Assembly: GCF_023055435.1 (NCBI RefSeq)
Contig: NW_025964112.1
Location: forward strand, 45,570,001-45,634,000
Length of the DNA: 64,000 nucleotides
Direction of reading: 5' to 3'
From: Haliotis rufescens
Taxonomy: Eukaryota
Below are positions 50,873 through 64,000 of the stretch, piece by piece. How positions within the stretch are numbered: position 1 is the first letter of the stretch; the number at the start of each line of letters is the position of its first letter. The position numbers and the translations under genes were made by a program. The notes beneath the pieces were generated by a model. It had not been told where the DNA came from. It did no database searches and saw only the letters and a program-made list of their open reading frames with translations.

Positions 50873-51704
50873 TGATGAACAAAATCTACTCTGCATCAGA
50901 AATTTAGTCAACTAAAACACAGCAGATGGATAAGTGAAAAAAAGTAATTTTCATTAGAAGTCTCATTAAAAACAAATACACAAGACACAAACCCACTAAA
51001 GACTCACTTCGAACACATAACAGCAAGTTTTGACTTCCATTCCTAAACCTAAACCTGTTATACACATGATACATGCTAGATGTAAATCAGTAAGCTGAAA
51101 TCAATTTCATGTCAAAAGGCTCGGCAATAACATCATTCAGGTCTCTCCACAATTGTCCACATGTGATATGAAATCCATATATACAATACTTTGCACCACG
51201 ACAAAGTCTAACTTTGACATTTTTCCACGACTGAAAGGATGAAAAAAGTTTGTGAGACAGCTACCTATCACTGGGTTAACTGAAATTGACGAGAAGACAA
51301 ATTTTATCAAGTTAGCATAAAACAAATGACATTTTTTTTCAAAACAGATTATTGACTAAGAATCTTTTTTCGTTCACTACATTTTTAACGTTGAATATAT
51401 GTGGAGTTTCAAAGTTGAGAAACTACTTGCAATGAAGAGATAAATCGGTCTTACTTCAGATCCATACATGTATACGAAATGTATCTACGTGAAAACAGAC
51501 TGTATCCAGTTCTCAGACAGAAATCGGAAATCGGTAATTTCAGAAGTTTTAACAATCCAAATCTGCTTCTGTTAACAAAGTATAGTGAAAATCTTGGGTT
51601 TCAAACACCCTTCATAAACATCACACAATATACAAAACCGCAAATTGAACATTGTGGCGGTTAATAAAATGATTAACAACCCATGATGATATACTATTAG
51701 CAAT

Positions 51705-51790
51705 GAGTGAGTATGGTTTTACACTGTTTTAAGCAACATTCCAGAAATATCACCGGAGGACACCAGAAATACGTTCGCATGTGGGTAATA
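51705..51790 (-). mobile_element. SINE family A, 3' fragment
   Basis: gagtgagtatggttttac...gacaccagaaat. Confidence 0.65.
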
Positions 51791-54700
51791 CCAGTGACTA
51801 AATATTTGATTGGAGATATCAACCTGTTTGTGCTGCATACAAAATTTTCAAATTTTGGGAAAAACCAATTCAATTTATTTAGAAACCAAACCTTTCAACA
51901 TGTTCAAGAAGTTTTCCAATAATGTATTTCAACTTTGTACAATTTCACACGTATGCAAGTGATGTGTTTTGACATATATGGACCTTGATAAAAAATGGTC
52001 TGAATGATTTACGAAGGTGTCTTCTGCCAGCCAATTTATATACATATGAATTAATGCATGTGTTTCTACACATGCATAATAAGATCAACACACTCGCATA
52101 TTGTATTACAAAGTGGCATGGCTCCATTCCAAACTTGTTACATTATTAAGAAAAAAATTATACCTCACTGAATGAAATACCCAGGCTATCAAACAAATGA
52201 GAAATTGTAACATTAACAGATGAATCCAGCTTTGTGCATCTAGCAATACAAATGAATTGAGTTTTTACAACACGTTAACATGATGAATGAACAGTTATAC
52301 ATCTTTCAAGACTTTTTCAGATTTTCAATTTACAAATCAAAAGTTTAAAAACTGAAATTGATGAAATTAAGATTAAAAATTTAACAAATTGTCTCCAAAC
52401 TGCAAACACAAACATAACAGAAATCATTTTGAAAAACTCTTACAATTTTGTCAGTTTTATCTCTCATGGCGGAGACTTTGAAACCGCGTCTTAAAGAACC
52501 GCAGTGATTAACCACACTTAAAATACCAGGCTCTAATTCAATATAGCCCACATTTTTGTTTAAGGATGCAAACCCAATGAGCGGCATGTGTCTAATCTAG
52601 GAGCTAGATGTGAGAATTAATAAACGTTTCAAACAAAAATACAATAACAAGCTCCTCAAGCCAGACATGCCTAAAACAAGTTGAGCAAAAACACATGAGG
52701 GTTTCTATGACCATTGGCCCCACGAGGGGGACTCGCACTCTGGGCTTCTGGATTGTTTACATGGGCGGGCAACACAAACACTGCAAACAAACAGGTAAGA
52801 CTATGAAAACAATAGGGCACTGCGGAGGCGGGGCACACACTGAAACTTATCTCAGGTGCCGAATTGTTCCAATAACATGGGAATGGAAAATGTTTGAACT
52901 GGGCTCAGAATGAATGGACAGAGTTTTGTGCGTCCCAGGATAAATCTCTGCTTATACAGAGATTGTTTCTACAACCGTTCGCAAGGTGTAGAACTGATTA
53001 CGTAGTCAATGTCAGGATAAACTTGTGATAAGATTATGCACCATGAATTTGCGTCAAGATTAGCAGTCTGGTTTTAATTAAGCATGCAAGGTGTTATTGA
53101 ATTTTCCACCGTGGGAATCGGTGAGAAAAAGGCTATGTTTGCCGTGAACAGATAATAATAAATAATTCCATCAAGATAAATGTGACAGGTTTAGGAATGT
53201 AAGAAGAGATATATGCGCTTCCTATGTCAATGTTTTCAAAACTCAAACTTCACTTGTTCCACAGACTTAGCATCCTTATGACTCTTCTAATGATATTTAA
53301 TAATTAGGTACCAATAAATTATTTACAATGCTATCATCTTTTGATATTTATATTGATTAATTTAAAGCCTAATGTTTTTGATATTGTATAGAAAGAAATA
53401 CAACATTCAACTCAGCAAACAAGGTTGAATAAACAGCAGCAACAAAAAGAAGCCATTTCTTGAACAAAAAAATCTCTGCAGATGCGTGTTCTTCTAGCCG
53501 ATAAATAAGATCCGCAGTTGAATAAAATATGGATCAGGGTGTTGAACTCATCCCAGTGAAAAAAAATTGTTTGGTTAGCCTTGAAAAAAATATATCGAAC
53601 TGTTACAAGTGTATCAAATATTCATACGGGGGTGGGACAATCAGAACGTGGTCAGCAAGCTGTTAATCCACGTTCCATGCCAGGAGGAATCGGAGAGTGT
53701 TTCTGCGGAATCATTCATGAAACGCTCTCAGCGATTATTCAGTGAGCTCATACCCATTTTGGTAACACGTCTTTAAACCCTTTTAGAGCACTACATTCTT
53801 TATATGGTTACGATATGAACTGCCATACTGATTCAAACGGGGATTCAACCGGGGATTCAAGTATTTTCCCTTTACAGAGAAATGTCCACTTGATTAGGTA
53901 CTGATTGAATAGCCATAAGAATCAATAGGATCATCAAATGAGCAAATTTAATGGAAACATGCCTTTACACCTTGTTCCACCATTGCTGTGAATCTGCCTG
54001 CCTTCTCAGAGGTTCAACAGTATTGTGAGAATATAAGATTGCTTATCTCATAGATTATGGAAAAAATGCACAACCATCGATATAAAAAAATATTTTTCAA
54101 AATTTATTCACCATTGATGAAACATAATGTAAACTTAAAGGAGGTGGTTTGAGATATATGGAGCAGTATTCAGTTATATCATGAGTTCTGTGCAAGAAAA
54201 GCCATAGTTGGCAGGTTGGAAAGGTACCCCACTTTTGGTGGAGTCTGAAGCCAGCAGTGTCCAAGACCAACAAGGCCACACCTTCCCATCCAATCTCCAC
54301 CAGATAGGTCACAGTACTAGTGATGGACACATTTCACAGTTTGCGTCACTGAATCTGTAGACCAAATTAAAAACACCTTAAGTGGTAATCTCTCTGCAAA
54401 TGTCGCAGATCTTTCAAAAGAACTCCTCACATAAAAGGTTGACACTGGACATCATTGTGGTTGTTACTGGACATCACTGTATCTCAAATGTCCTCCAAAA
54501 TGGAAGAATATCAACAGTATCCAATTCATCTAAAAACATCAAAGGTATAGAAAGTGGCTTAATGGAAGCATTCAAACAAGAACCTCAATTACAAAGTTGA
54601 TATTGGACACTGTTATATAAATTGAAGGCCCTTCAAAATGCAAGCATTTCAACAGTATCCAGTTCATTGGAAAGTCTAGCAAGTTTTACACACAATCTTA

Positions 54701-55639
54701 AGGAAACATTCAGGCAACTGATATAGAAAAGTTCATACAAAGTTGATATTGGACAATAAGTCAAAGTCCCGAAAGCCAGTTTCCAGTTGATGTTAGGCAT
54801 TCCATGGACAACAAACAGCCTAAAAAATGAATCCTCCATACAAAAATCCTTACAAAAAATACCACTCAAAAGAAGTTAAGGACCAGCTGATTATTTCATA
54901 TTACTTCAGTTAATTTTTAGCATGACAAGCAATAGCAATATGAAAGAATTGGGTGGCCTTTAACTTCTTTTGATTCGTATATAAAACCAGTATCAGAGTG
55001 ATTCTACGAGCCAAGAAAATGAAACTGCAAATTGGAACTTCCACCGCTAAAGTCGTAAATTGAAAGATTACACAAAAGACCATAAACCCCCTGGTAGGAG
55101 ACGAACAGAGCATAGCCTCATTACCGGATTCTTCTTGTTATTATACAACTTTTACAACATGGTAATTATCGCTGAGCTTGTTAAGAGTTGAAGCAGAACC
55201 ATGTATTGAGACAGAGATGCCTATTGCGGGCAGAGCTTCCACAGCAGAACGCTATTGCTGAAATGATTCTTGCAGGCAGGCCGAATATGATATGTGATAA
55301 TTTTCATTCTGTACCGAGGTGATCATTTTACAAAATGTCTTAATTATCGGATCTTTAAAACTGATCTTTTTAATCGTAATTCAATCCAATCATGTATTGA
55401 TATTTGAGCGTGTTTGGTTTAACTTGGCTTATAACAGTATTTCAGTTATACCACGGTGTGTCAGCTTGATGTGGAAGACAATCCTGAAGCGATGCAGGAT
55501 TCGTTATGATAGAAATTTTGTTATTGGGCATGTAATTCACAGACACAAGATTTTGGGTCCCAGAAGGGAAACTATGCATGTGTATTGTAAATGGGGATTA
55601 ACATCCTGTTAAGGTGTTTGCACTTATATAGCAATGTTC

Positions 55640-55860
55640 ATGCATGTGTGCGTGTCCGCCTGTATTAGTCCGGACTTATGCAGGTTTTATAGTGCTTGCC
55701 CATTGAGACAGCATACCACAGCTTAACATGGATACCCAACTTAGACACAGCCTACTGATTCTAAGCCAACCATTCCTTGTTTTAGGCCATAAATACCTAG
55801 TATCTGACAGGGTAACAACAAATACCATCTTATAATGTTTTCTTGTAGGGGCAGACACTC
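55640..55860 (-). mobile_element. SINE family D, degenerate copy
   Basis: tagtccggactta...gcccattgagac...taacatggataccc...aaataccatctt. Confidence 0.6.
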
Positions 55861-58800
55861 ATCCACAATGGCGAACTTTAAAACTATAGATACTCCATTC
55901 CTGATGCATAGAAAAAGAATAATCTGCAGACCAAACCATGGCAGCTGATGACGGAATCTTGTTTAAAAGATACCATTAAAATAATGTGGTCTTCCACACA
56001 ATCAACTCCAAAACGGACAATAATGTGCATATTCATAATGGTCCAAATCCACACCATGAAGCTTTCTAAAAGCACAGCATCACTAACCAAAGATTCATCT
56101 TTCATTCCTCTAACCCAATGCAACGGATGTTGTCTCATCTGATGGAAGAAGGAATGGAAAGGATGTTTCAAGATCATATTCTTCAACCATCTAAGATGAA
56201 CGTACAGTCGGGGGTAGACACAGACTCTAGTTCAAGACTTGTGAAATCTAAGGGGAGTATTTGTATTATCCTAATATCCACTCAGTTTACAAAACTCACT
56301 AGTCAGAAATAAGCTGTGGACTATGAAGTTGGATATAAAGTGTCTACTCTATCAGGAATGTTTCACAAAGATCTTAGCGCGGAGATCACTTTGTTGAACT
56401 GAGTCCATACATCATATCCACCAAGCTCTGCATCAGCAAGATGCTTGATGAATATGACAGTTGTCCAACAGTGTAGTCTCGATTAATTCAAAAGAGAAGA
56501 ACGAAATTTGGCTGTGTGGGAAAATTTCTTCGAAGACAGAACTGTATATTGAACAGATGTACATGAACTGTAAAATACCTCAATTTCAAAAACAGCTTCC
56601 TCAGGCAGAGCATTATTTTTTAGGTTGAATTTGAAAAACAAATACATCAAAATGCAACCATGAAAAGATCGCGGCCAAACAAATTTGGAGGGCAATTCAC
56701 TGGAGTGATATTGCGCGATGAAAACATCCGAGCTAACAACTCTTGGGTATTAAATTTAAAAGCTATCAACTTTTATGGTATATATGGACTATTTGTGTGG
56801 ATCTAAACAAAAATGTTGTAGACTCGCTGGCTTCACATCATCGTTACTTATATGTAGATTTGAGGATAGGGAGCTGTAGGGTTTGGAAGCTGAGACCCGT
56901 GAAGACATTGTAAAGGAGAGAAAAACAACTGTGCATAAAATATATCAAGTATTGGAAAGTCAGCGTGTTCGTTCAAATTTAATATTCTTTCCACAGTGAA
57001 ATAATACTTGAAAATTATTTCCATGAAAAATTGATATTTACGATCTAAGGAATTTCTGACAAAAAGGGCTGCAACAACTGTATGTTTCAAATACTGCAGA
57101 ATGCAAAATGTGACAATTCTGCTGCAATTTTATATTTGTCCACAGAAACTGACTTTAATAAAGTCAACATTGACAGCGTGTCAGAATGGATGAGTAAATT
57201 AACCATGCTACACACTATCAGGGCTTCAAGAATACGAGTTGAAACAGCTTGTGTTCGCATCTTTAACTCTTATCACCATAACAGAATAAAATCTTGCATG
57301 AAATTTATAAAAACTGCAATTCACATTGAGGTGTCTTGAATCATTATCCCATGAAATGAAAGTAATACACGCAAACCAAAAAACACAGGAAAAGATTGTT
57401 AAACATTAGTTTTTTATATGAAGACTGACACAGAAAACACAAATATCAATCATACATGACAACACTACTGATCAGGAAGATATATCAATCAATACCTCCT
57501 TATGGGGAGAACAGATGTCTTTAGAAGCAGGGATAGATTTCATTACATGGGGAAAGTTCAAAGGAATTGATGCAGATAAAATCAGTCAGACTGATACCAC
57601 AAATGAAACAACATCCAAGGGGTGCAGTGCAAGTGGTAGGATTGATTGAATTTGAAATAATCAAAATGTAATTATCACCATTGTATACTTGCTGCAGAGC
57701 TGATATTACTTCATAATACATAAGTTTGTATCTCAATTGACTATCATGATATAGACTTGCTGTGTTTTTTTGTTTTTTTCACAAAAACCTTAATGGTAAC
57801 CAAGAAATTATATACATTCGTTTTTACGCTTGTGGTGGGACATATAGCAGTAACTACAGAGGTGTCATTTTTTAACATGCTCCTTTACAAAAACGGAAAG
57901 GTTATTTATTCGAGAAAGAGGAAATTGTATTTTCTATAAATGAAATGATCTTGTGATGGTTAACTCGAAAAAAACCACATGACTTCAATGTAGATTTGAT
58001 AAAAGGTTACAGCACACTTAAGAAACAGATTTTTTTGAGATCATGTTATTTCACAAATAACAGTTGAGCATGTTTATTGGTGCTTACAAAGTACATAAAA
58101 CCATTCACCACTCCATAGATTTCAATATGCAATCATACTAAGTTGGTCGTATAAACATTAAAACTATTTGTAGTGATAAACCCAGCCGTACCATGTTAGC
58201 AAGTTACCTACAACAACGTTGGAGTTTGTTTATACGCACCTATGATATCACAAGGGGTATTAAATAATGAAGATAAAAGTCTTCTATGACACTGAGAACA
58301 TTCAAAATAGCATTTGTATGGTGTGTTATATGACGAGCAATAAACTTGTAAAGTTTTATTGCATAGGAGCAAACCTATGAGTTAAATGCACATTATCAAT
58401 GACTCATAATCCAATAATTTATAAGTATCCTATCACGAAATAAGCTTACTGTGTTTGATTTTTTAGACAAACCACTATTGGTAACCAAGATATTATCTCT
58501 AAAAACAACCTGAGTATACATAATAAACTTAAGGAAACACTTATGTATAAATGTTGCTTTAAACTTGACATGGTTAACACTAAATTTGTATACCTATAAA
58601 CATGATAAAGTTATACCATTATAGGGAAACATTACAAACCATGAAATATGTACTTTTCTTTTCAGTTCTTCTACAGTGCATCACGTTGAATGAAATATAG
58701 AAGAAACACTGCATTTATGAAAACAAAGTTGCAAACAAATGTATTCCTTTCAAGCACAAATCTCACCTCCCAGATAAAGAAGGGAACAAGGTTGAAACAG

Positions 58801-59313
58801 AGCTCCATTATTTCCTAAAAATAGACAGCATTCTCACTGGCAGGCCAGAGGTTTAGTAAGGGGTAAAAAGCTGGTCTGGGGGCCCCTTGCCTTTCGCTTC
58901 AACGCTGTGTTGAATGTCAAAATCTCAGGAGCAAGTATGCATTGCACCTGCCCAAAACATGTGCCGAATCTAGATCCTAGCCGTCATGTACACACACACA
59001 ACTTCGTAGTCTTCTAAATTGTGACAGGCGTACTGAAATACCCACAACTGAGAACAAATGTTTCTGGTTCTGTGATGTCGAATAAATGTGACCCACCAAC
59101 CCTATCTGTCGAAATGATTGCCCCGCAAGCAGTCAGTGGCGAAGATAGAACAAACACGTTCAAAAGTCAACAATGTAACAATTTGCAAACACTTCTGAAC
59201 AATGTTGCTTTTTCGTTGCATATTATTGCAAAATATACCACGGACGAAGGTTGTATACATCCCACATCGTGCGAATAGATTCAGGTGACATACGAACACA
59301 AAACAATTCTTAC

Positions 59314-59830
59314 CCGAGTTTTTTTCCGATCGGATGCCAAGCGGTAAGGTTTGTCAGTCGAGGCGAGCGAGTGCCCCGAATCGGCATGTAAAGGAATGCA
59401 CAGGGGGCGCTGACCTATTTACGGTAACAAAGAGCGACCGAAGCAAAAACTTTACCTACCCAGCATCTACCGTGAGGAATATCCTTAATCCCTGTTCGAA
59501 AAACTCTCAGTGTATTGCACAGTTCTTGAGAGGCGACTACTTCATGCCTGTATCGTTCAAAGATGGCGGTGAATGGCAGGCTGTGACGTAAGAGCCGAGA
59601 GAAATCGACATCGGGGACTCCCCGGAAGTCACCTATCAAAAAGCCCGCGAAACTCTCGCACAAAGAACCCCTCCGTAATTAGATCGCAGGTATAGCCAAT
59701 AGAATCTCCGGTTGGAGATTGTGAATGTAAACAAATTTAGCTGTCGATGCAGAACGGTATTACTCCTGACATTTCTCTAAAAGCATTCGATGAAAACTAG
59801 TTCGTTTTCCGAAAACACGTGGTGTTGTTG
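59314..59830 (-). promoter_or_regulatory. CpG-rich candidate promoter and non-coding first exon (proximal)
   Basis: Visible CpG enrichment. Motifs: YY1-like AAGATGGCGG 59560-59569, ETS CCGGAAGT 59621-59628, E2F-like TTTCGCGGGC (minus) 59643-59652, CCAAT 59696-59700. Minus-strand donor GG|gtaaga at 59312-59313. Confidence 0.5.
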
Positions 59831-60170
59831 CCTGTAGCTGGTATAACGCTGGGCGCTTTGTAATAATGCCCTGGCTATTTTTCAACCAAACGAGCTGCGC
59901 TCACAGAACAGGATCGTCATGATTTCCACAAATCTAACTCATGTGCACATTTCCTGTTCATAATGTATTTTACTATCTACAAACATAAACCAAATGCTCT
60001 CGAATTAAAGCGTTACTATACACACCAAATTAAATTAAAGATTAAAAGATTTAACACAAATATATAAATTTGATATTTACTGAAAAGCATTCCTGTATCA
60101 AATAAGAAACCATAAAAAAATAATCAGTATACATTATTACTCAATAAATAATAAAAGATGAAAGTATTAC

Positions 60171-60420
60171 CTCGGCGATCTCATAACTGCTATCATTTTA
60201 AATATCCTTTTCCTGTAGTCACAATCGGTATCATGGAATCAAAAGCACAATTCTACTCTCACATCACGGTGATAACATCCACCCGATATAGTCATATCAC
60301 ACTGATAACTGACGGTTGGATTCAAAAATGTTTGTTGACCAGAGCTCGTCGTTTGATTGGGCACATCTGCCGTCTTCTCACCCGCTATATATCCTCTCCT
60401 GGCGACCCCGCCCCTTAGAC
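60171..60420 (-). promoter_or_regulatory. Candidate TATA/GC-box promoter and non-coding first exon (distal)
   Basis: On the minus strand: GGGGCGGGG at 60406-60414, ATATATAG at 60385-60392, then a donor GAG|gtaata at 60169-60170. Confidence 0.45.
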
Positions 60421-61712
60421 TAATTATTGATCATGGTGATAATTATATAAAATAAACGACGGAGGGAATCCAAGCCCCGAACACAATAGGCACGCGACTG
60501 TTACGAGCTTCGCCCTGCCTAATTTAAATTTTCCTCAGTGATGCTTTGTTAAAATATTCTCCTTTGATGTTTGATTTATTGCCAAGCGATAGAATCACGG
60601 ACGAGTTGAGCGCGTGCTCTGCGCGAGCCAATGTATGCACCTGTTCCTTTAAAATGCGATTCATCGGAATTTTCCTATTGTTCATATTAAAATCGCCGAG
60701 AGGCCCGACCTTGAATCGCACCCGACAGACCTGATGAATAGACAGCGCTCGGGTTCTTTCACTTTTTTATTCTAATCGCGGCTCTCGTTCAGAATTATAA
60801 CGACACACCACACTTTTTATACCCACCGCAAGTCTGTTTTATTTCGTGAGTTGACAATATGAATGGCTAGTTTGTCATTTTGTGGCTAATAAAATTGAAG
60901 ATTAAAGAATATTGTTTTGGATGCTGAAGAAAAGGGACGTTTACCGAGAAGGTCGTCTAGGTCGCTGTGCGGTTACCGATAGTTATTGAACCGTATCGGT
61001 ATTTAATCCAGAAAGTATTATTAAAACGAATACAATATATACGCCATACTCTCGTGCTATATGAATACATACTGGCCCTTTGAACTGGGTATGCCATAGA
61101 AAACAAGGCAACAGGTGTATTGGTCTCATTTGAATCAACTAGTCGCCACTGGTGTTTTAAAACATTTTTTTCAATTAGTATATTGCAAATGTTCAAGCAT
61201 AGATTATGTTAAAAAATCAAGTCTTAGATACATTAGAAAGAACACGTTGACATTGAACCTTAATGGATAACAGCGTCTTTTATTGTATGTAATTGCGTTT
61301 AGGTCTACTTCATGCTCCTTCATCAGATGAATATTTTTGGAAATTATTTAAAAACATGTTAATAATCACTTGAAGCTGTTGAACATTATTTAGATGCCTT
61401 TGAATCAATTAAAATATGCTTGGGTTTGGATTTCAATTATTTTCTTTCACGGCAAAGTTTCGATACAACTACAAGTCAGTACCTTTATGAAGCAAGGGGT
61501 GGGATGGATAAAGACACGGGGAACTCAGGGATACAGCTGAGTAAAACCTTTATAGTTTTGTGATACTGCTGCTGCTGCTTAGGCCTTCCTCGTACATTCA
61601 CTCGCTAACAGGCACTGTGACACTGTTAATCCAACAAGTGGGCAAATGTTGATGTTGTTTTACGCCGCTGTTAGAATAGTTCGTTATATCACACCAGCCT
61701 TTAATAAATATA

Positions 61713-61874
61713 GGGGCGGTCGGGTAGCCTAGTGGCTAAAGCGTTCGTTCGTCAAGCCGAAGACCCGGGTTCGATTCTCCCCATGGGTACAATGTGTGAA
61801 TCCCAGTTTCTGGTGTTCCCCGCTTTCATATTGCTGGAATATTGCTAAAAGCGTCGTCAAACCATACCCACCCA
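61713..61874 (+). mobile_element. SINE family A copy
   Basis: Full-length match to 1338-1504. Confidence 0.88.
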
Positions 61875-61906
61875 TGTAGACCCTTTAGTATAACCACTGT
61901 ATTAAA

Positions 61907-62190
61907 GGGGGCACGGGTGGCCCAGTCGTCTAAGGCGCCGCGTTTCGTTGTGCAGAGTTGCGTCCCTTGGGCACGCCAAAAACCTATCATTGTGGGTTCG
62001 AATCCCGTTTCGCCCCGATTATGTTTCTATGTTTTGTCAGCACCATACCCGTGCTCGTGGGTTTCACCGAAGTGGTAAACGTCTGAGACCTGCATCACTT
62101 CGGGCTTTCCTCCCACATTAAGCTGACACGCTGTGATATGACTGGAATGCTGTTAAAAGCGGCGTTAAACCCAACTCACTCACTCACTCA
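61907..62190 (+). mobile_element. SINE family C (tRNA-Leu-like head, V-domain-like core, tail shared with family A)
   Basis: A box GGTGGCCCAGTCGTCTAAGGCG, B box GGTTCGAATCCC and V-like motif GGGCTTTCCTCCCACA. The 3' end gaatgctgttaaaagcggcgttaaac(ACTC)n resembles family A. Imperfect TSD ca(c/t)tgtat(t/a)aaa. Confidence 0.75.
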
Positions 62191-62419
62191 TTGTATAAAA
62201 AAACACGTAAAGGAAAGAGATCGTGAGGGTTTTAGGAATTTATACGTGAGCATATCGAAACGAATGATATATTTGGTAATGGATTTGTCACATAATCTCC
62301 TGGTCAGTTTGTTGTTGTTAGTTAATCTGAACGACAAAGGCGAAGCGGATTCTTAAAATGAAATAACGAAATATGTTTTGTATCAGATCACTTTGTAATG
62401 AGACCTGATGATGTGCTGT

Positions 62420-62563
62420 NNNNNNNNNNNNNNNNNNNNNNNNNNNNNNNNNNNNNNNNNNNNNNNNNNNNNNNNNNNNNNNNNNNNNNNNNNNNNNNNN
62501 NNNNNNNNNNNNNNNNNNNNNNNNNNNNNNNNNNNNNNNNNNNNNNNNNNNNNNNNNNNNNNN
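62420..62563. other. Assembly gap
   Basis: Run of N. Confidence 1.
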
Positions 62564-63254
62564 TTACTCATTCAACCCCCACCCCCCACCCCCCACTCAC
62601 TCACTCACTTTATTACCCATGGTCCCGACAGTAATATAATCTCAGTTTAATATCGGTATTCTTGTATTCTATTCTACGGATAACTGGATATATGTTAGAT
62701 TGTTTCCAGGAATTCGAGTTAACGAGGTTTCAATGCAGTTTCCGCAAGGTCACGTCAACAATAACTTTAGAATACAGACTCCGGAAGCTTGAACGTCCAA
62801 GAGCTCGTGCACTTTGAGTCTTGTGCCAATTTTGCAATGCTGCCCATTCACTCATAGTTTTCAATTAGGTTCCCTCACATGGAATTAACTGATGCGGAAA
62901 ATGCAATTGCTTAATTAAAAAATGGAACATAAAGGCTGGGGGTTTGTTTTTACGTATTTCCTGCTGTAATGTCAAATGAGACCTAGCCGACGTGCCATGG
63001 CAGTTTAGTGGGAAACGAAGTTAACTGTGTCCGCATACATATATCATATCCATGGAGGTACAATAAGACTCGTATGTATACTGGATCTGAGGAGCCAAAC
63101 TTTAAATATACTTTGTATTTTGATTATTTTTTTGTTAAGAATTTTGATCGATCAGAAACTAACGCTCGTATTCGGCGTTGTAGAGTCACAAATGACGTCT
63201 ACACCATCTTTGAAGTGAGGTGAAATGGGGTTTAACGTCGCGCGTTCCTGATTA

Positions 63255-63512
63255 TTCGCTTACATAGTGACGCGCGCGCGCGTGCGTGCATGCGTGCGTG
63301 CGTGGGTGGGTGGGTGCGTGCGTGCGTGCGTGCGTGTGTGTGTGTGTGCTTGCACTAGTCCGGACTAATGCCGGTTAATAGTTCAAGCCCACTGAGATAC
63401 CATGTACTGTTTAACATGGATACCCCACTCAATATACTGACGATCAGTCCTTGTTTTATATCCTTAATGTCGAGCGCCAGGCAAGGTAACAAAAAGTACC
63501 ATCTTTTAACCT
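63255..63512 (-). mobile_element. SINE family D, 3' part with (GCGT)n/(GT)n microsatellite tail
   Basis: Homologous to 50620-50872. The microsatellite spans 63270-63348. Confidence 0.7.
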
Positions 63513-64000
63513 CTCATTGTAAATTTCTCTGCCTAGGTTTTACAGAAAACACAAAGAGGTATATAGCTTCAATTCCAACGAAGGAATACTTTTTACAGCC
63601 CTTTTACCATTATTAAGCAACAGTATACACCGGTCCGAGGACAACACTAAATGGATCTTGGAACATCACCAACAGTATGCATCAGTCCAAGGACAACACT
63701 GAAAGGACCATGGCACATTCCTACAAAGTGTTGCTCTTAGTTATGTCTGCACCCCACGCAGGTAATGGGTGGTTGTTCCCACTCCCTGTACCTTTGTCTG
63801 AGGGGAGAGGAGAGCGACTGGACCCCCGGACAGAATTTCATTACTCCGCGGACAGATGGCTAACCGCCTGTTCCTCTTAATCGATCGCCCTATAGTAAGG
63901 ACGAACAGATTGGGACAAGGTGTTTGGGAGTCCTGGGATTATGTCTTCGTGGGCTGGGATGGGGTGGGTCGAGGATTTAAAATTTGAAAATTAGTGGATT

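Noticed and set aside
9000-59000. Autoregulation through scattered TGACAG sites
   Set aside because: About two dozen are expected by chance in 64 kb at this base composition, and I could not show an excess.

Overview
Eukaryotic, AT-rich, intron-dominated DNA. The SINE repertoire suggests a mollusc, probably a gastropod such as abalone (inference only). One minus-strand gene dominates the window: an atypical TALE-class homeobox gene. Six coding exons can be assembled by hand with canonical GT-AG junctions and consistent phases: 41631-41476, 19497-16836, 16447-16335, 14653-14501, 8683-8501 and 7948-7778. They total 3438 nt, or about 1145 aa. The protein has an acidic N-terminal motif, an ~800-aa S/P/Q/M/N-rich low-complexity region encoded by one 2.66-kb exon, a divergent MEIS/PKNOX-type (HM/MEINOX) domain and a C-terminal TALE homeodomain with non-canonical specificity residues (H5, Y47, T50). 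Candidate CpG-rich promoters and first exons lie at ~59.3-60.4 kb, and a possible internal first exon lies at ~20.6 kb. The ~2-kb 3'UTR carries Pumilio- and CPE-like motifs. The rest is four SINE families, several MITEs, minisatellites and two assembly gaps. The most interesting observations are: (1) the divergent TALE gene itself; (2) a tandem repeat that multiplies the splice acceptor and a tiny uORF of its first coding exon; (3) a headless SINE family whose copies start at the edge of a predicted kissing-loop RNA fold; (4) a strong sense-orientation bias of intronic SINEs. No prokaryotic-type systems (CRISPR, operons) are present. Almost all short ORFs in the supplied track are spurious.
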